39,571 nt of DNA. Origin: Sedimentisphaerales bacterium. GTDB lineage: Bacteria; Planctomycetota; Phycisphaerae; Sedimentisphaerales; Anaerohalosphaeraceae. The translations under genes were made by a program, and so were the position numbers. The stretch lies in the NCBI GenBank assembly GCA_016935635.1, contig JAFGQP010000075.1, forward strand, positions 1 to 39,571. The letters run 5' to 3'. Below are positions 39,093-39,571 of this stretch, in pieces; the stretch's first letter is position 1; each line of letters starts with the position of its first letter. A model generated the notes under the pieces. It did no database searches. It saw nothing but the letters and a program-made list of their open reading frames with translations, and was not told where the DNA came from.

Positions 39093-39571
39093 ATGAAGCA
39101 GTTAGAGCTGAAAATAAGATATGATTACTGGCTGGAGCTGGTTACGCTGACGCTGATGGCAATCGGCACAGTCTTTGTTTTTTCCGCCGGCGCCAATGTC
39201 AGCGGCCAATACGACTGGAAACGCTTCTATGAATTCACCACCCTCAAGCAACTGATGTTTTTCCCTGCCGCGGTGGCTATTATGTATCTTATTTCGTACT
39301 TCGATTACCGCCGCTTCGGCTTTATCAAAAAAAATCCGCTCAAATCCCTGACCCCGTACCTGGTGGTTCTCAGCATTCTGCTGCTAGTGGCAGTGCTGAT
39401 CTTTGGGGAAGAGCGCAATTACTCCAAACGCTGGCTGTTTATCACGTTGGGACCGATAAACCTCAGTTTCCAGCCATCCGAACTGGCCAAATGGGTTATG
39501 ATTATTTTCCTGGCGGCAATTATGGACCGCTGCCATGACGATTTAAACAAATTTTTTACCCGGTTTGTACC
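39093..39571 (+). CDS. ftsW: SEDS-family peptidoglycan glycosyltransferase FtsW/RodA (5' part, runs off the window)
   Basis: Absent from the ORF track; manual translation MKQLELKIRYDYW...IGTVFVFSA...NYSKRWL...SFQPSELAK, open to the window end; in-frame ATG also at 39081. Confidence 0.85.
   Translation, partial: MKQLELKIRYDYWLELVTLTLMAIGTVFVFSAGANVSGQYDWKRFYEFTTLKQLMFFPAAVAIMYLISYFDYRRFGFIKKNPLKSLTPYLVVLSILLLVAVLIFGEERNYSKRWLFITLGPINLSFQPSELAKWVMIIFLAAIMDRCHDDLNKFFTRFV

Overview
Gene-dense bacterial chromosomal segment. It is most likely from a Planctomycetota genome (Phycisphaerae-like); this is inferred from the style of the ATP synthase, PyrG and kinase sequences, not from a search. In order it carries: nadD; an exported HEAT-repeat protein heading a complete, probably H+-type F1Fo operon (atpZ/I-like, atpI-like, atpBEFHAGDC); a small hypothetical protein, a beta-propeller protein and purH; an AT-rich patch with a Rid/FkbO-like enzyme, a pilin-like gene and a sensor-less histidine kinase; an IclR-led unsaturated-uronate catabolic cluster (three GH105/GH88-type lipoproteins, kduI, kduD, kdgK, eda); yqhD and a DUF401 protein; a FAD/Fe-S oxidoreductase, amrS and a PAC2 protein; an ECF sigma/anti-sigma pair; an isochorismatase-family enzyme; kdsB-pyrG; a lipoprotein; and the 5' part of ftsW. 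I saw no rRNA, tRNA, CRISPR array or transposase. The most notable unexplained structure is non-coding. (1) Two ~92% identical copies of a ~175-bp structured element with TATAC...GTATA-type ends (22338-22509 and 26853-27030) lie in inverted orientation around kdgK-GH105-eda-yqhD. (2) A candidate ~100-nt anti-Shine-Dalgarno sRNA sits among three sigma28-like promoters next to the pilin-like and kinase genes. (3) A GTCA..CCCGC..GCGGG palindromic repeat lies in the DUF401 leader. All product calls rest on motif recognition by eye.
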